A stretch of DNA of 64,000 bases from an uncultured virus (IMG/VR IMGVR_UViG_3300035515_000418) (IMGVR_UViG_3300035515_000418), one strand, 5' to 3'; shown: positions 20,341 through 30,031, counted from the first letter of the stretch. The notes: generated by a model from the letters alone, not told the origin. Made by a program: numbers and translations.

Positions 20341-20486
20341 GTATGCGTAGCTCAAATTGGAGAGAGCACCTGGCATTTAAAAATTAGAATACTGTATATG
20401 TACATTTAAACACATTGGTATTCAAACAGCAACTTTATTAATTTATGGGCAACCAGGCTGTGCAGGTTCGAGTCCTGTCGCATGCA
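20341..20486 (+). ncRNA. tRNA-like RNA 3 with 79-nt expanded anticodon loop
   Basis: Acceptor GTATGCG/CGCATGC, D arm GCTC..GAGC, stem CCTGG/CCAGG, T arm GCAGG-TTCGAGT-CCTGT; loop 20374-20452 holds the motif; no encoded CCA. Confidence 0.85.
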
Positions 20487-20535
20487 TTATAAAATTGAAA
20501 AAATAACAAAATCAAAATTTTCTTAAGCACCTCTC

Positions 20536-20564
20536 TTGACAAGATATATAATTTATGTTATAAT
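20536..20564 (+). promoter_or_regulatory. Sigma-A promoter, extended -10
   Basis: TTGACA, 17-nt spacer ending in TGn, then TATAAT. Confidence 0.85.
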
Positions 20565-20598
20565 AAGTATATAAATTAAAGAGAAAGAGGTGCATAAT

Positions 20599-20949
20599 AT
20601 GAGAGAAATTTTTGGTGAAATTATGGGAGGTTTTATTTTAGTAGTGCTTATTATTTGTGCTTTAGTTGGGATTGTAATGGCATATAAAACATATCAGGGT
20701 AAATATACTGACCAAAAGCATGCTACATTTAGTACAGAATATTATGATGATGACTATTTCACTCCGATAAGTGATTGGTCAGAGGATGGAATGACCTACA
20801 GATTGATGTATGCTAATGATACAAAGGTTATTTATCTTAGTGCTCAGAGTACATATAGATATTCAGTAACCCCAGTAATGAATGCAGACGGAACATGCCA
20901 AGTATACACTGGTGAAACTACAGAAAGTGCAACAAGTGCAACAGAATAA
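20599..20949 (+). CDS. Small membrane-anchored protein, DUF6440-like
   Basis: N-terminal TM; DTKVIYL...VTPVMNADG motif; GAGGTG RBS favours ATG 20599. Confidence 0.55.
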   Translation: MREIFGEIMGGFILVVLIICALVGIVMAYKTYQGKYTDQKHATFSTEYYDDDYFTPISDWSEDGMTYRLMYANDTKVIYLSAQSTYRYSVTPVMNADGTCQVYTGETTESATSATE

Positions 20950-20984
20950 ATAAAAGTACATATAAATAGAATAAGAGCTGATGT

Positions 20985-21494
20985 ATGTCAGCTCTTTCTT
21001 TTATTAAAGTTGAGAGGACAGTGAAAATTATGAAAATAAGAGTAGCAGAGTATCCTGATATTGAAAGCCTTGTACAGTTAAGATTAGAAGATAGCTGTGA
21101 AGATGAATCATGCAAGGATAGAGAGGACTTGGAAGATGAATTGACAGGCTTCTTTGAGGATTTCATAGGCAATGGGTATGGTGCTATATACGTTGCAGAG
21201 AATGAAAGTGGAATAATAGCCACATGTGGGTTACAGATAATAAAAATAATACCACAGTGCAGGGATAGTGGATTTAGAGGATATTTGTTTAATATGTACA
21301 CCAAGCCAGAGTTTAGGTGTCAGGGAATACAATCAGAATTACTCAGTATAGTTGTTGATTTTGCAGAAAATAGAATAGGGTGCGTTGAAATAAAGCTTGA
21401 AACAATAAACAAGAATGCAATAAGTTTATATGAAAAACAAGGGTTTAAATTAGATACAGACACCATGGTAAAGAAAGGAACAGCTAAGAAATGA
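20985..21494 (+). CDS. GNAT family N-acetyltransferase
   Basis: GYLFNMYTKPEFRCQGI and NAISLYEKQGF motifs; true start may be near 21030. Confidence 0.85.
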   Translation: MSALSFIKVERTVKIMKIRVAEYPDIESLVQLRLEDSCEDESCKDREDLEDELTGFFEDFIGNGYGAIYVAENESGIIATCGLQIIKIIPQCRDSGFRGYLFNMYTKPEFRCQGIQSELLSIVVDFAENRIGCVEIKLETINKNAISLYEKQGFKLDTDTMVKKGTAKK

Positions 21495-21973
21495 TTAGGA
21501 AAAGTACATCAAATGACAAAGAGGCAATAAGGGAATTATTTCTACTATGTTTTGGATACAGACGTGAAGAACCATATGAACATTTGGATGACAGGTATTA
21601 TCTATATTTTGTAGAGGATAAACTGGTTGCAATGACAGGCATACTCTATAATACAGATTATCGAGGGTTAGACGTAGACTGGACAGGCACCCATCCAGAT
21701 TATAGAAATAAAGGGTACATGCAGGAACTCTTTAAAGAAATGTTAAAGAACATACATGAAGATGTGTATTGCAGTTGTTGGAAGTTCTCAGAGAATGGAA
21801 GAATTCATTTATACAATATAATGAAACTATTTGACTTTGAAGAGGTAGTTCATAACAGGGTACACTGGAAGAATCCCTATAATTGTATGCTTGCAGCTAG
21901 TAAAGAGTGTGTTGAGTGTACAGGTGACAATTGTGAGTGCTATGAGGACCTTTATGTAAGAAAAATTAAATAA
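21491..21973 (+). CDS. GNAT family N-acetyltransferase with Cys-rich tail
   Basis: THPDYRNKGYMQEL acetyl-CoA motif; ATGA overlap with the upstream gene. Confidence 0.75.
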   Translation: MIRKSTSNDKEAIRELFLLCFGYRREEPYEHLDDRYYLYFVEDKLVAMTGILYNTDYRGLDVDWTGTHPDYRNKGYMQELFKEMLKNIHEDVYCSCWKFSENGRIHLYNIMKLFDFEEVVHNRVHWKNPYNCMLAASKECVECTGDNCECYEDLYVRKIK

Positions 21974-22068
21974 AAGAGCTGACACTGAATATTTAATCAG
22001 ACCAGAAAATATACATAAAGATTATATAGGTGTAGATTTTTTAAATAATTTTAATTTTGGAGGTCATC

Positions 22069-23343
22069 ATGGCAAATTTGAATTTGAATGACATAATGTC
22101 AAGTGTAATGGGAAAAGAGTCAGTAGCTAAGTTTGTTGAATTTACTCAGTTGTACATATCCGAATCATGTAATCCAAAGGAAATAAAACAAGTGTTTAAT
22201 GAAATGAATTGTACACCAGAAGCTCTTAATGAATTGGCAGAAGCAGCTAAATTTCTTAATGGAGTTAAAAGAAAACTAAGTGTACTTGGTATTGTGGTAG
22301 ATATTGGCGCAGATTATGATTTTAAGTCAAGAATAGTATTTAGATTACGATATATGTATAATATAAATACTGGTGACAAAGTGACTAATATAGACTGGAT
22401 TTATCATATGTTAAATGATACGGAAAAGTCTTTAATTAACAATATACATATGAAAATACCAAGAGTAGTATGGGATCGTGTGTACATATCTAATGTTATG
22501 AAAAAATACATACATGGTAGTCTTGATGAGCTGTGTAACTGTTTAGAGTACGCACCAATATCACATATTGGCAGTTATCAACCAGATATAGTAAATATTA
22601 TAGAAAGTATGAACATTGAAATGCTTGAAAGTAACAGATATCTTACTGATACAGACAGGGATGCATTAGGTGACATGCCAACTTACAACAGGCTGTGTGA
22701 ATTAGAGAACATAAATTTCAACTTTATAGCAAGCTTTCTTGAATATCAGGCAGGAACAACATATAGTATGACAGTAAATGTAGCTCAATGTATTAATGAA
22801 ATTAGTAGAGACAACACTGAAATTGTACATACAGGTGGCGATGTACGTAAAAATATGTTGGTGCTATTCAGTGAGGCTATAGTAGCAAGGACGTATATTA
22901 AGGAAATCATTAATAATCCAGCTGTAAGACAGCTGCTAAGTTCAGCAATTCATAATGGACAGGTTCAAGCTATAATAAGTAGAATAAAATCTGAGGTAGA
23001 AAGAAATGTAAATGACTTGTATGGTTATAGAATGGCAAGAGAGCTATGTGTAGAATATTCAATTAGAAATTCACGTGTACGTAGAGATGTAGCAGGATAC
23101 AAGATAGAAAAGGGGACACTTGCCAGATTGTTATTAAAGGCTATGCAGATTATACCACAGAACAAAATGTATGCCATAACAATCAGACCAGCTAAAGCTA
23201 AAGCTAGCAGTAATAGGAATTCTAAGACTAATCTTGTAATGGTAGGAAATACAACATATAAGATAGAGGTAGACGCAAATCATAACACCTATATGCTGTA
23301 TAAGGAAATGATTAACAATGCAGTACATAAATTACCATTCTAA
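22069..23343 (+). CDS. Hypothetical protein (paralog A)
   Basis: GGAGG RBS before ATG 22069; N-terminus shares TPEALNEL...YD.K.RIVF with the next gene. Confidence 0.7.
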   Translation: MANLNLNDIMSSVMGKESVAKFVEFTQLYISESCNPKEIKQVFNEMNCTPEALNELAEAAKFLNGVKRKLSVLGIVVDIGADYDFKSRIVFRLRYMYNINTGDKVTNIDWIYHMLNDTEKSLINNIHMKIPRVVWDRVYISNVMKKYIHGSLDELCNCLEYAPISHIGSYQPDIVNIIESMNIEMLESNRYLTDTDRDALGDMPTYNRLCELENINFNFIASFLEYQAGTTYSMTVNVAQCINEISRDNTEIVHTGGDVRKNMLVLFSEAIVARTYIKEIINNPAVRQLLSSAIHNGQVQAIISRIKSEVERNVNDLYGYRMARELCVEYSIRNSRVRRDVAGYKIEKGTLARLLLKAMQIIPQNKMYAITIRPAKAKASSNRNSKTNLVMVGNTTYKIEVDANHNTYMLYKEMINNAVHKLPF

Positions 23344-23360
23344 TAACACAGGGAGGCAAT

Positions 23361-24578
23361 ATGGGTACCATAAATAACATATTACTTAGTGTAGTAACTG
23401 AGAGTTATTTGGACAAGTTTACTATGTTCAACCAGATATACCTAGAAACCTCCAAGGATAGGGAGGCAATAAAAGAATCTTTTAATCAGAGCAATTATAC
23501 ACCTGAAGCCTTAAATGAATTAACAACAGCAGCTAACTTTATTAGAAATGCAAAGATAAAATTGACAATGGCTGGTATAGCACTTCATGTAAAATTAGGA
23601 TATGATTACAAGATGAGGATAGTGTTCATCATAGATGAATTGTATCAGGCAGGTTCAGGTCAGAAATGTGACCAATATTGCTTGACAGATTGCGAAAAGT
23701 CATTTCTTAGTAGTTTCAGGGTGTCAGTGCCAAGGATAAGTTACAATGACAAATTTGTAGAAGCCTTTGGAAATGAAAATATTAAAACATTTATACCTGA
23801 TGAGTTTGGACTTATCCTTGAATATTGTTCTCAGAGGGACACCCTAGTACATCTCAAGTTACTTAGGAACTTTATGTATAAGCTATGTAAAGAATTTTAT
23901 GTTAATAATAAAAATATAAGTAACATATGGGTTGAATGTTCAAAACCATTACCCTATAGTGAATTGGTTGAGCTGTATAACATATTAAATGATTACACTA
24001 TAAGAGTGTTAAGACATGAAATATCTACAAAAGAGTCCTTCTATATAAATGTTGGATTTGTGATTGAACAGTTACAGGCATCAAAATCCAAGAAGGACGT
24101 TACAGGGATAGTCAAGAGGTACAGGAATGCATATGGTGAATATGGGGCAACAGATATAATGGAATTATTTAGACACGTACTCTGGTGTAAAGTTTATGTC
24201 TGTGAGATAGTTCCGAACATGCTTATTCAAAAGAAAATGGACAAGTTGAAGTCTAAGACTGAAACAACTACATTACTTAGTTACATAGGGGATGATGTGG
24301 ATAAGAATGTAATAAGACCATATACAAAATCCATAGGTGTAACTGAGAGTACAATAGGTTCACAAGAGGACTTTGTGTTTAAACAGTATAAATTGACTAG
24401 TAAGCAAAGATTATGTGAACTTTACCTACGAGCTTTAGAAATGTTATCCAATAAACCAATATCAAATATAAAAGACTCATCAGAAAAACAACTCGGTATC
24501 AGTGTGGAATTAAATCAAGATACGTTCAAAGACTTCCTAAGATTAAATGAATCATTTTGTAAAAACATATATCACTAA
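23361..24578 (+). CDS. Hypothetical protein (paralog B)
   Basis: GGGAGG RBS; N-terminal ~120 aa alignable with the preceding gene. Confidence 0.7.
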   Translation: MGTINNILLSVVTESYLDKFTMFNQIYLETSKDREAIKESFNQSNYTPEALNELTTAANFIRNAKIKLTMAGIALHVKLGYDYKMRIVFIIDELYQAGSGQKCDQYCLTDCEKSFLSSFRVSVPRISYNDKFVEAFGNENIKTFIPDEFGLILEYCSQRDTLVHLKLLRNFMYKLCKEFYVNNKNISNIWVECSKPLPYSELVELYNILNDYTIRVLRHEISTKESFYINVGFVIEQLQASKSKKDVTGIVKRYRNAYGEYGATDIMELFRHVLWCKVYVCEIVPNMLIQKKMDKLKSKTETTTLLSYIGDDVDKNVIRPYTKSIGVTESTIGSQEDFVFKQYKLTSKQRLCELYLRALEMLSNKPISNIKDSSEKQLGISVELNQDTFKDFLRLNESFCKNIYH

Positions 24579-24602
24579 AATTCATAAATAATAAGCACCT
24601 AC

Positions 24603-24631
24603 TTGACAAATTAGATATTTTATGATATAAT
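24603..24631 (+). promoter_or_regulatory. Sigma-A promoter, extended -10
   Basis: TTGACA, 17-nt spacer ending in TGn, then TATAAT. Confidence 0.85.
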
Positions 24632-24662
24632 AGGGGTATATTAAAAGAAAGGGAAATTTAAA

Positions 24663-25247
24663 ATGGGAAAAAGAAAGAATAGCACTAAAAAAGAAAGAAC
24701 AGACTTATTAAAAAGACTTGGATACACTGAAGAACAGATGAAAGCATTTTGGGATGAGTGTATACCTGTAAATAGTAAAGTAAAAATGTTGGCACAGGCA
24801 GGATACGATTGGACAGACCTATGCGTTTGGCAGATTGAGGAATTACCTACACTTAAAGAAAAGACACTCAAGCAGTTAGAAGAAAAGAAGACAGAGGAAG
24901 AAAGAAAAGAGCAAGAGAAACAAGATAAGTTGCTTGCTAAAAAGTTAAAGTACGATAATCTTGAAAAATTCTATCTTGACAAAATAGATAATAAAGTGGA
25001 ATTAACTGAAAGTGAACTTGAAGAATTGTATGATAACTTTGAATATGAAACACGTACAGGTGAAATGCTAAGGTGGACTACAGAAAAAGATACAGTGCTT
25101 AAAATAGGTGACAGGTATTTCATGTTGCCTTGGTACAAAGGAAATACAGAATATCAAGAAAGTCAGTTTAGTGAACAGCCATATGAGGTAGTAGAACATA
25201 CCTATGAAAAGACAATTACATTTACAGAGTGGTTAAAGAAAGAGTAA
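24663..25247 (+). CDS. Hypothetical phage-type protein
   Basis: 194-aa charged ORF directly after the promoter. Confidence 0.65.
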   Translation: MGKRKNSTKKERTDLLKRLGYTEEQMKAFWDECIPVNSKVKMLAQAGYDWTDLCVWQIEELPTLKEKTLKQLEEKKTEEERKEQEKQDKLLAKKLKYDNLEKFYLDKIDNKVELTESELEELYDNFEYETRTGEMLRWTTEKDTVLKIGDRYFMLPWYKGNTEYQESQFSEQPYEVVEHTYEKTITFTEWLKKE

Positions 25248-25251
25248 AGAA

Positions 25252-26715
25252 ATGAATAAAACAGTGTTGTGTGTAGGAGACAATAGTAGGATGAGTAAAT
25301 CAGAAAAGATACTTAATATAGCTACCATATTAGATACTTGTACCAAGTTAATACCAGATGATGTACTAAAGGTATTAAAAGTGATACAATCATCTGGATA
25401 TGAGGCTTATATAGTAGGTGGGTGTGTCAGAGATATAATATTAGGATACAATCCACACGATTGGGATATATGTACGAATTGTACACCAGACAAGACAAAA
25501 GAACTTTTGAACAGTAATGATATTAAAGTCACAACAGTGGGTATAGAATATGGCACAGTGGTTGCACTGATGAGTACACAAGAGGTAGAAGTAACTACAT
25601 ATAGAAAAGATGGTCAGTACAGTAATAATAGAAAACCAGACAGTGTAACATATGCAACAGACATAATAGAGGATTTGTCACGTAGGGATTTTACAATAAA
25701 TGCAATGGCAATTGACCCTATCAATATGAGGTTTGTAGATAGGTTTAATGGCTTAGAGGATATACAAAATAAAGTATTAAGGTGCATAGGAAAATCAGAT
25801 GAGAGATTTCAAGAGGATGCTTTAAGAATACTTAGAGCACTAAGATTTGCAATCAAATATCAGTTTAGAATTGAGACATTGACTTCAGAATCAATGTTAA
25901 GTAATAGAGAATTACTTGATAACATATCAAAAGAGAGAATAACAAATGAACTTTTGAAGATATTACAGTGTAAGAAAGAGATAAGTCAGTATTTTCTTGA
26001 TTACCATGATATAATATTTCAGATAATACCTGAATTAAAAGTGACTTATAACTTTGACCAAAGGAACCAATATCACAGGCATAACTTATATGAACATATA
26101 TTGACTGTGACAGACAATTGTAAAGAATCAGGTGACTTCATAATAAGGCTAGCTGCTTTGTTACATGATATAGGAAAGCCAGAAGCTTTCACAATGGACA
26201 GTAAGGGATATGGTCATTTCTATGGACATCCAGTAGTGTCAGCCAGAATATCAAAGGATATACTGGAGAAAAGGTTGGTGTTGACAACTCAGCAGAAAGA
26301 AAGAGTTCTTGAGTTAGTAGAATTTCATGACTGCTATATAGCAAATACACGAAAATCTGTAAAGAAAGCAATGAATAGACATGGTGTGGACTTCTTAAAC
26401 CAGTGGATAGTTCTAAAACAGGCGGACATAGATGACCATGTAAAGATAGAAGGTGAGGATTGGTTCCACATGCCAGTTTATGTGAAGGACTGGATGCAGA
26501 AAATACTAGATGATAATGATTGTTTTAGTTTACATGATTTAAAAGTAAATGGCACAGATATAATGTCAGAGCTTAATTTAAAACCATGTAAACAGGTAGG
26601 AATAATTCTACATACACTGTTAGATAAAGTGATTAATGAGGAAATACAGAATGAGCGTGAGGTACTATTACAAGAAGCTTATAATATGTATAACAACATT
26701 GACGAGGAAAAGTAG
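25252..26715 (+). CDS. cca: CCA-adding enzyme / tRNA nucleotidyltransferase with HD domain
   Basis: VGGCVRD..LG..PHDWD, EVTTYR, DLSRRDFTINAMA, RFQEDALRILRALRF, HD domain (H...LLHDIGKP). Confidence 0.9.
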   Translation: MNKTVLCVGDNSRMSKSEKILNIATILDTCTKLIPDDVLKVLKVIQSSGYEAYIVGGCVRDIILGYNPHDWDICTNCTPDKTKELLNSNDIKVTTVGIEYGTVVALMSTQEVEVTTYRKDGQYSNNRKPDSVTYATDIIEDLSRRDFTINAMAIDPINMRFVDRFNGLEDIQNKVLRCIGKSDERFQEDALRILRALRFAIKYQFRIETLTSESMLSNRELLDNISKERITNELLKILQCKKEISQYFLDYHDIIFQIIPELKVTYNFDQRNQYHRHNLYEHILTVTDNCKESGDFIIRLAALLHDIGKPEAFTMDSKGYGHFYGHPVVSARISKDILEKRLVLTTQQKERVLELVEFHDCYIANTRKSVKKAMNRHGVDFLNQWIVLKQADIDDHVKIEGEDWFHMPVYVKDWMQKILDDNDCFSLHDLKVNGTDIMSELNLKPCKQVGIILHTLLDKVINEEIQNEREVLLQEAYNMYNNIDEEK

Positions 26716-26851
26716 GTTCTAGTAAATGAGCATTGTGATTAGAGGAAATTGTTGTTTTTAAATTAAATTTTAAAATTAATGCATTAGGCAATGTCAAAGT
26801 TACTGGAAACAAAAATGCCAAAGAGAAAATTAAAAATGAGGTGAACAGAGC

Positions 26852-27214
26852 ATGAGTAAAAGGGTACTAATAGTAGATGATGCAGCATTTATGCGAATGA
26901 TGATAAAGAGTGTACTAGAGAAGAATGACTTTGAAATAGTAGGAGAGGCTGACTGTGGTGAAAAAGGGATAGAAATGTTTAAGCAGTTGAAACCAGACGT
27001 AGTTACTATGGATATAACAATGCCAGGCATAGGTGGAATAGAAGCAGTGCGTGAGATAATGAAAGTGGACAATGGTGCTAGAGTAGTTATGTGTTCTGCA
27101 ATGGGACAGCAGGCAATGGTTCTTGAGGCTATACAGCTTGGTGCTAAGGATTTCATAGTTAAGCCATTTAACCAAGAGAGAATACTGACAGCAGTAAGAA
27201 ATGCAGTAAATTAA
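26852..27214 (+). CDS. cheY: Chemotaxis response regulator CheY (single receiver domain)
   Basis: RVLIVDDAAFMRMMIK...PDVVTMDITMP...MCSAMGQQAMVLEAIQ.GAKDFIVKPF, the Bacillota CheY signature. Confidence 0.9.
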   Translation: MSKRVLIVDDAAFMRMMIKSVLEKNDFEIVGEADCGEKGIEMFKQLKPDVVTMDITMPGIGGIEAVREIMKVDNGARVVMCSAMGQQAMVLEAIQLGAKDFIVKPFNQERILTAVRNAVN

Positions 27215-27240
27215 TTTAATTTTAATGATAAGCAGTCCAC

Positions 27241-27269
27241 TTGACAAAATGTATTTTATATGTTATAAT
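27241..27269 (+). promoter_or_regulatory. Sigma-A promoter, extended -10
   Basis: TTGACA, 17-nt spacer ending in TGn, then TATAAT. Confidence 0.85.
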
Positions 27270-27308
27270 AGTGTTATAAATAAAATAGTTTTGGAAGGTG
27301 GATTGTTT

Positions 27309-27917
27309 ATGTTAATAGCAGTTGATAGAAATAAGTATATCAAAGGTGAACTAATTGAAGCTCTTGAAGTTTGTGACGTGCATAAGTCAAGTGGAAGTTT
27401 TGTTAATATTACTGTACAGGGTGAAACATGGAATACAATGGTATTAAGTGATGAACATGTTCAGACATTGATAAGACGTTCAGGCGTGCATTTTTCATTT
27501 ACAGAGATTTTTAGAAAATTGTATTCAACAGCAGCTTTAGATATGATACTTTCACAGTTAAATGGTATTAAGCAGAATACAGCAGGTATAGTGGAAAGAG
27601 CAGAGAAATTTGCATTATCTGCTACAAAGGTATTTGCTAAGTGTGAGGATGACATAATAGAGGAATATGGTATCTGGGTACCAATAGAAATGCGAGAGAA
27701 AATGATGTATAACTTATTGGAAACCTATATGGCACTTGGAATAAATCAGGGTACAGATGTTCCAGTATTGGATGATGCAAGTGGTAATCCAGCAATTCTT
27801 GGTGAGATACCAATTATGGCTGACATAGATAATTATGCAATAGGTCAAGCCTTGTACGATAAAATGTTTAAGGAATTTGAGTATTTCATGTATAACAAGA
27901 AGAAAGACTTGTTATAA
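27309..27917 (+). CDS. Hypothetical protein
   Basis: Start moved to ATG 27309, after the promoter and GGAAGGTG RBS. Confidence 0.65.
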   Translation: MLIAVDRNKYIKGELIEALEVCDVHKSSGSFVNITVQGETWNTMVLSDEHVQTLIRRSGVHFSFTEIFRKLYSTAALDMILSQLNGIKQNTAGIVERAEKFALSATKVFAKCEDDIIEEYGIWVPIEMREKMMYNLLETYMALGINQGTDVPVLDDASGNPAILGEIPIMADIDNYAIGQALYDKMFKEFEYFMYNKKKDLL

Positions 27918-27965
27918 AAGCCTATGATGGGTGAGGATTGTAGATAGAGAGAAAATAAGAGGACA

Positions 27966-28448
27966 GTGAAAATGGAATTAGTAATCCTTGGTATAGTAAA
28001 GATACTAGACAACATAATTACCACAGCTAAAAGTATAACCACATACCAGAATAAGAAAATAGTAACAAGTTTACTAGTAGTGATAAGTCAGTTCATATTT
28101 TATACAGTCATTAAGTCAGTAGTATCAGACAGTAGTATATTGTCAATAGCTACAGTTTGTATTTGTTCAGGTATTGGAACATACATAGCAATGTATTTGA
28201 ATGACCAGTTTAAGAAAGATGCTACATTTACAAATATATTGACATGTAGCTGTGAGGATAGCATAAATGGTTTATGCGAATATTTACTGGCTCACAAAAT
28301 TAAGTACATACCAGTAGATAGCTATAACAGAGCAGGAAATAAGTCAAGAACAGTATTAATATTTGCCCAGACAAGAGCAGAAAGTAAACTCATTGATAAT
28401 TTTCTGGAAAACTGTGAGACAAAATATTTAAGACAGATACTACATTAA
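27966..28448 (+). CDS. Small membrane protein, DUF5698/DUF2179 (YebE)-like
   Basis: Three TM helices ending in G.GTYIAM, plus a soluble C-terminal domain. Confidence 0.55.
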   Translation: MKMELVILGIVKILDNIITTAKSITTYQNKKIVTSLLVVISQFIFYTVIKSVVSDSSILSIATVCICSGIGTYIAMYLNDQFKKDATFTNILTCSCEDSINGLCEYLLAHKIKYIPVDSYNRAGNKSRTVLIFAQTRAESKLIDNFLENCETKYLRQILH

Positions 28449-28488
28449 GCTTAAGATTGTATCTTTAATAGAAAGTAGGAACAGAGAT

Positions 28489-29307
28489 ATGATATATGTA
28501 ACAGGTGATTGTCATGGTAATTTTCATAGGTTTACAAAGAAAAGGCGTAATCAAAATGGGTTAAGTAATTTGGGAAAGGGTGATTATGTAATAGTATGTG
28601 GCGACCTAGGGTTATTATGGGCGAAAGATAGGGAACTTGAATATAATTTGGATTGGATGTCAAGGTTGCAATTTACACTTTTATGGGTACAGGGAAATCA
28701 TGAGAATTATGATTTGATAGCAGAGTATCCAATAGAAATGTGGCATGGTGGAAAAGTAAGACACATTTTAAAAGATAAAGTAATACTACTTGAAAGAGGT
28801 CAGGTCTTTGATATAGACGGAAAGACAATATTTACATTTGGTGGTGCTAGCAGCCATGATATACAAGGTGGAATACTTGATAGAAATTCTGAAACATTTC
28901 AAGCAGATAAGATATATGCAACAAAAATGGGGTTACCTTATAGAATAATAAATGAGTCGTGGTGGATAGAGGAATTACCTACACCAGATGAGCTTGATGA
29001 AGGAATAGAGAACTTGGAAAAAGTAAACTGGACAGTTGATTATGTAATAACTCATTGTGCACCTGACTCAATAGAAAAGTTTATGGGAAGGCTTAACAAT
29101 AAAAAATATACTGGTGATATTTTAACAGAATACTTTGAGAAAATAGAGGATAAATTAAAGTTTAAGCACTGGTACTTTGGTCATTATCACATGAACAAAA
29201 TGTTAGATGATAAGCATACAGTTTTATATGAGGACATAGTGACAATAGATAGCGAAACAAGGTATAAAGAGCTTGAAAAGGCTTTTGAGCAGGGGCTCAT
29301 TTATTAA
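28489..29307 (+). CDS. Calcineurin-like metallophosphoesterase
   Basis: GDCHG, CGDLG, GNHEN, THCAP, FGHYH motifs. Confidence 0.9.
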   Translation: MIYVTGDCHGNFHRFTKKRRNQNGLSNLGKGDYVIVCGDLGLLWAKDRELEYNLDWMSRLQFTLLWVQGNHENYDLIAEYPIEMWHGGKVRHILKDKVILLERGQVFDIDGKTIFTFGGASSHDIQGGILDRNSETFQADKIYATKMGLPYRIINESWWIEELPTPDELDEGIENLEKVNWTVDYVITHCAPDSIEKFMGRLNNKKYTGDILTEYFEKIEDKLKFKHWYFGHYHMNKMLDDKHTVLYEDIVTIDSETRYKELEKAFEQGLIY

Positions 29308-29380
29308 GTTTAAGTGTACACCTTAAAATACATTAAACTTATATTTTAAATTTTAGAATTTAGAGAGGAGCTACACTTAT

Positions 29381-30004
29381 ATGCGTAAATCAGTAGAAAT
29401 ACTAGTAAATACCTATGAATTACTGGAACAAGCATTCAGAGGTAAACAGTCACCATGGAAAATAGAGACATACGATAAGACAAGAGCAACATCTGGAAAT
29501 AATACAGACCCAATTGTAGATAATCCAACTGTATTGTGTAAAGCCACATTGGATAAACATGATTCATCAATGAATAAATTGTTCAAGACATGTGTAACAG
29601 AGATAAAAATAATGGATGTACAGAGGTTTCTGTCACTAATGAAAATATGTGAGCTTAACAATTATATACTTACTGCTGAAATGTGTAATGAGCTATATAA
29701 ATCATTATGTTACAGTCAAGGTCAAAAACAAGAACAAGTTCCAATAATGTCAATCATGTATTATGGTAAGCATGAATATGTCAACCATACATATAAGGTT
29801 GACATTACTGAAATAGATACATTTGTGACCGAGGGGTCTAGAGGCAATAAAAAGAGAAGTGTATGTTTAGGGTATACAATGTGGTTTGATGAGGAAAAAG
29901 AGAAAGAAACACAAATACCGATAGGTAGGATAAGGGAATACAGTGAAGGAATAGTAGGTGCAATATTTGCAGGTGAGAGATACGATAATATAAATAAATT
30001 CTAA
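29381..30004 (+). CDS. Hypothetical protein
   Basis: GAGGAG RBS, 207 aa. Confidence 0.65.
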   Translation: MRKSVEILVNTYELLEQAFRGKQSPWKIETYDKTRATSGNNTDPIVDNPTVLCKATLDKHDSSMNKLFKTCVTEIKIMDVQRFLSLMKICELNNYILTAEMCNELYKSLCYSQGQKQEQVPIMSIMYYGKHEYVNHTYKVDITEIDTFVTEGSRGNKKRSVCLGYTMWFDEEKEKETQIPIGRIREYSEGIVGAIFAGERYDNINKF

Positions 30005-30031
30005 CACCACTAGTAAAAGGAGGTTAATTTT

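Noticed and set aside
18260..20432. ACAGCAA-containing repeats as a CRISPR array
   Set aside because: Only short, degenerate, irregularly spaced copies embedded in RNA folds; no cas genes.
19929..20486. Annotating the three RNAs as ordinary tRNA genes, or as tRNAs with group I introns
   Set aside because: The anticodon loops are 72-120 nt with no unambiguous anticodon, and the inserts are too short and lack a group I core.
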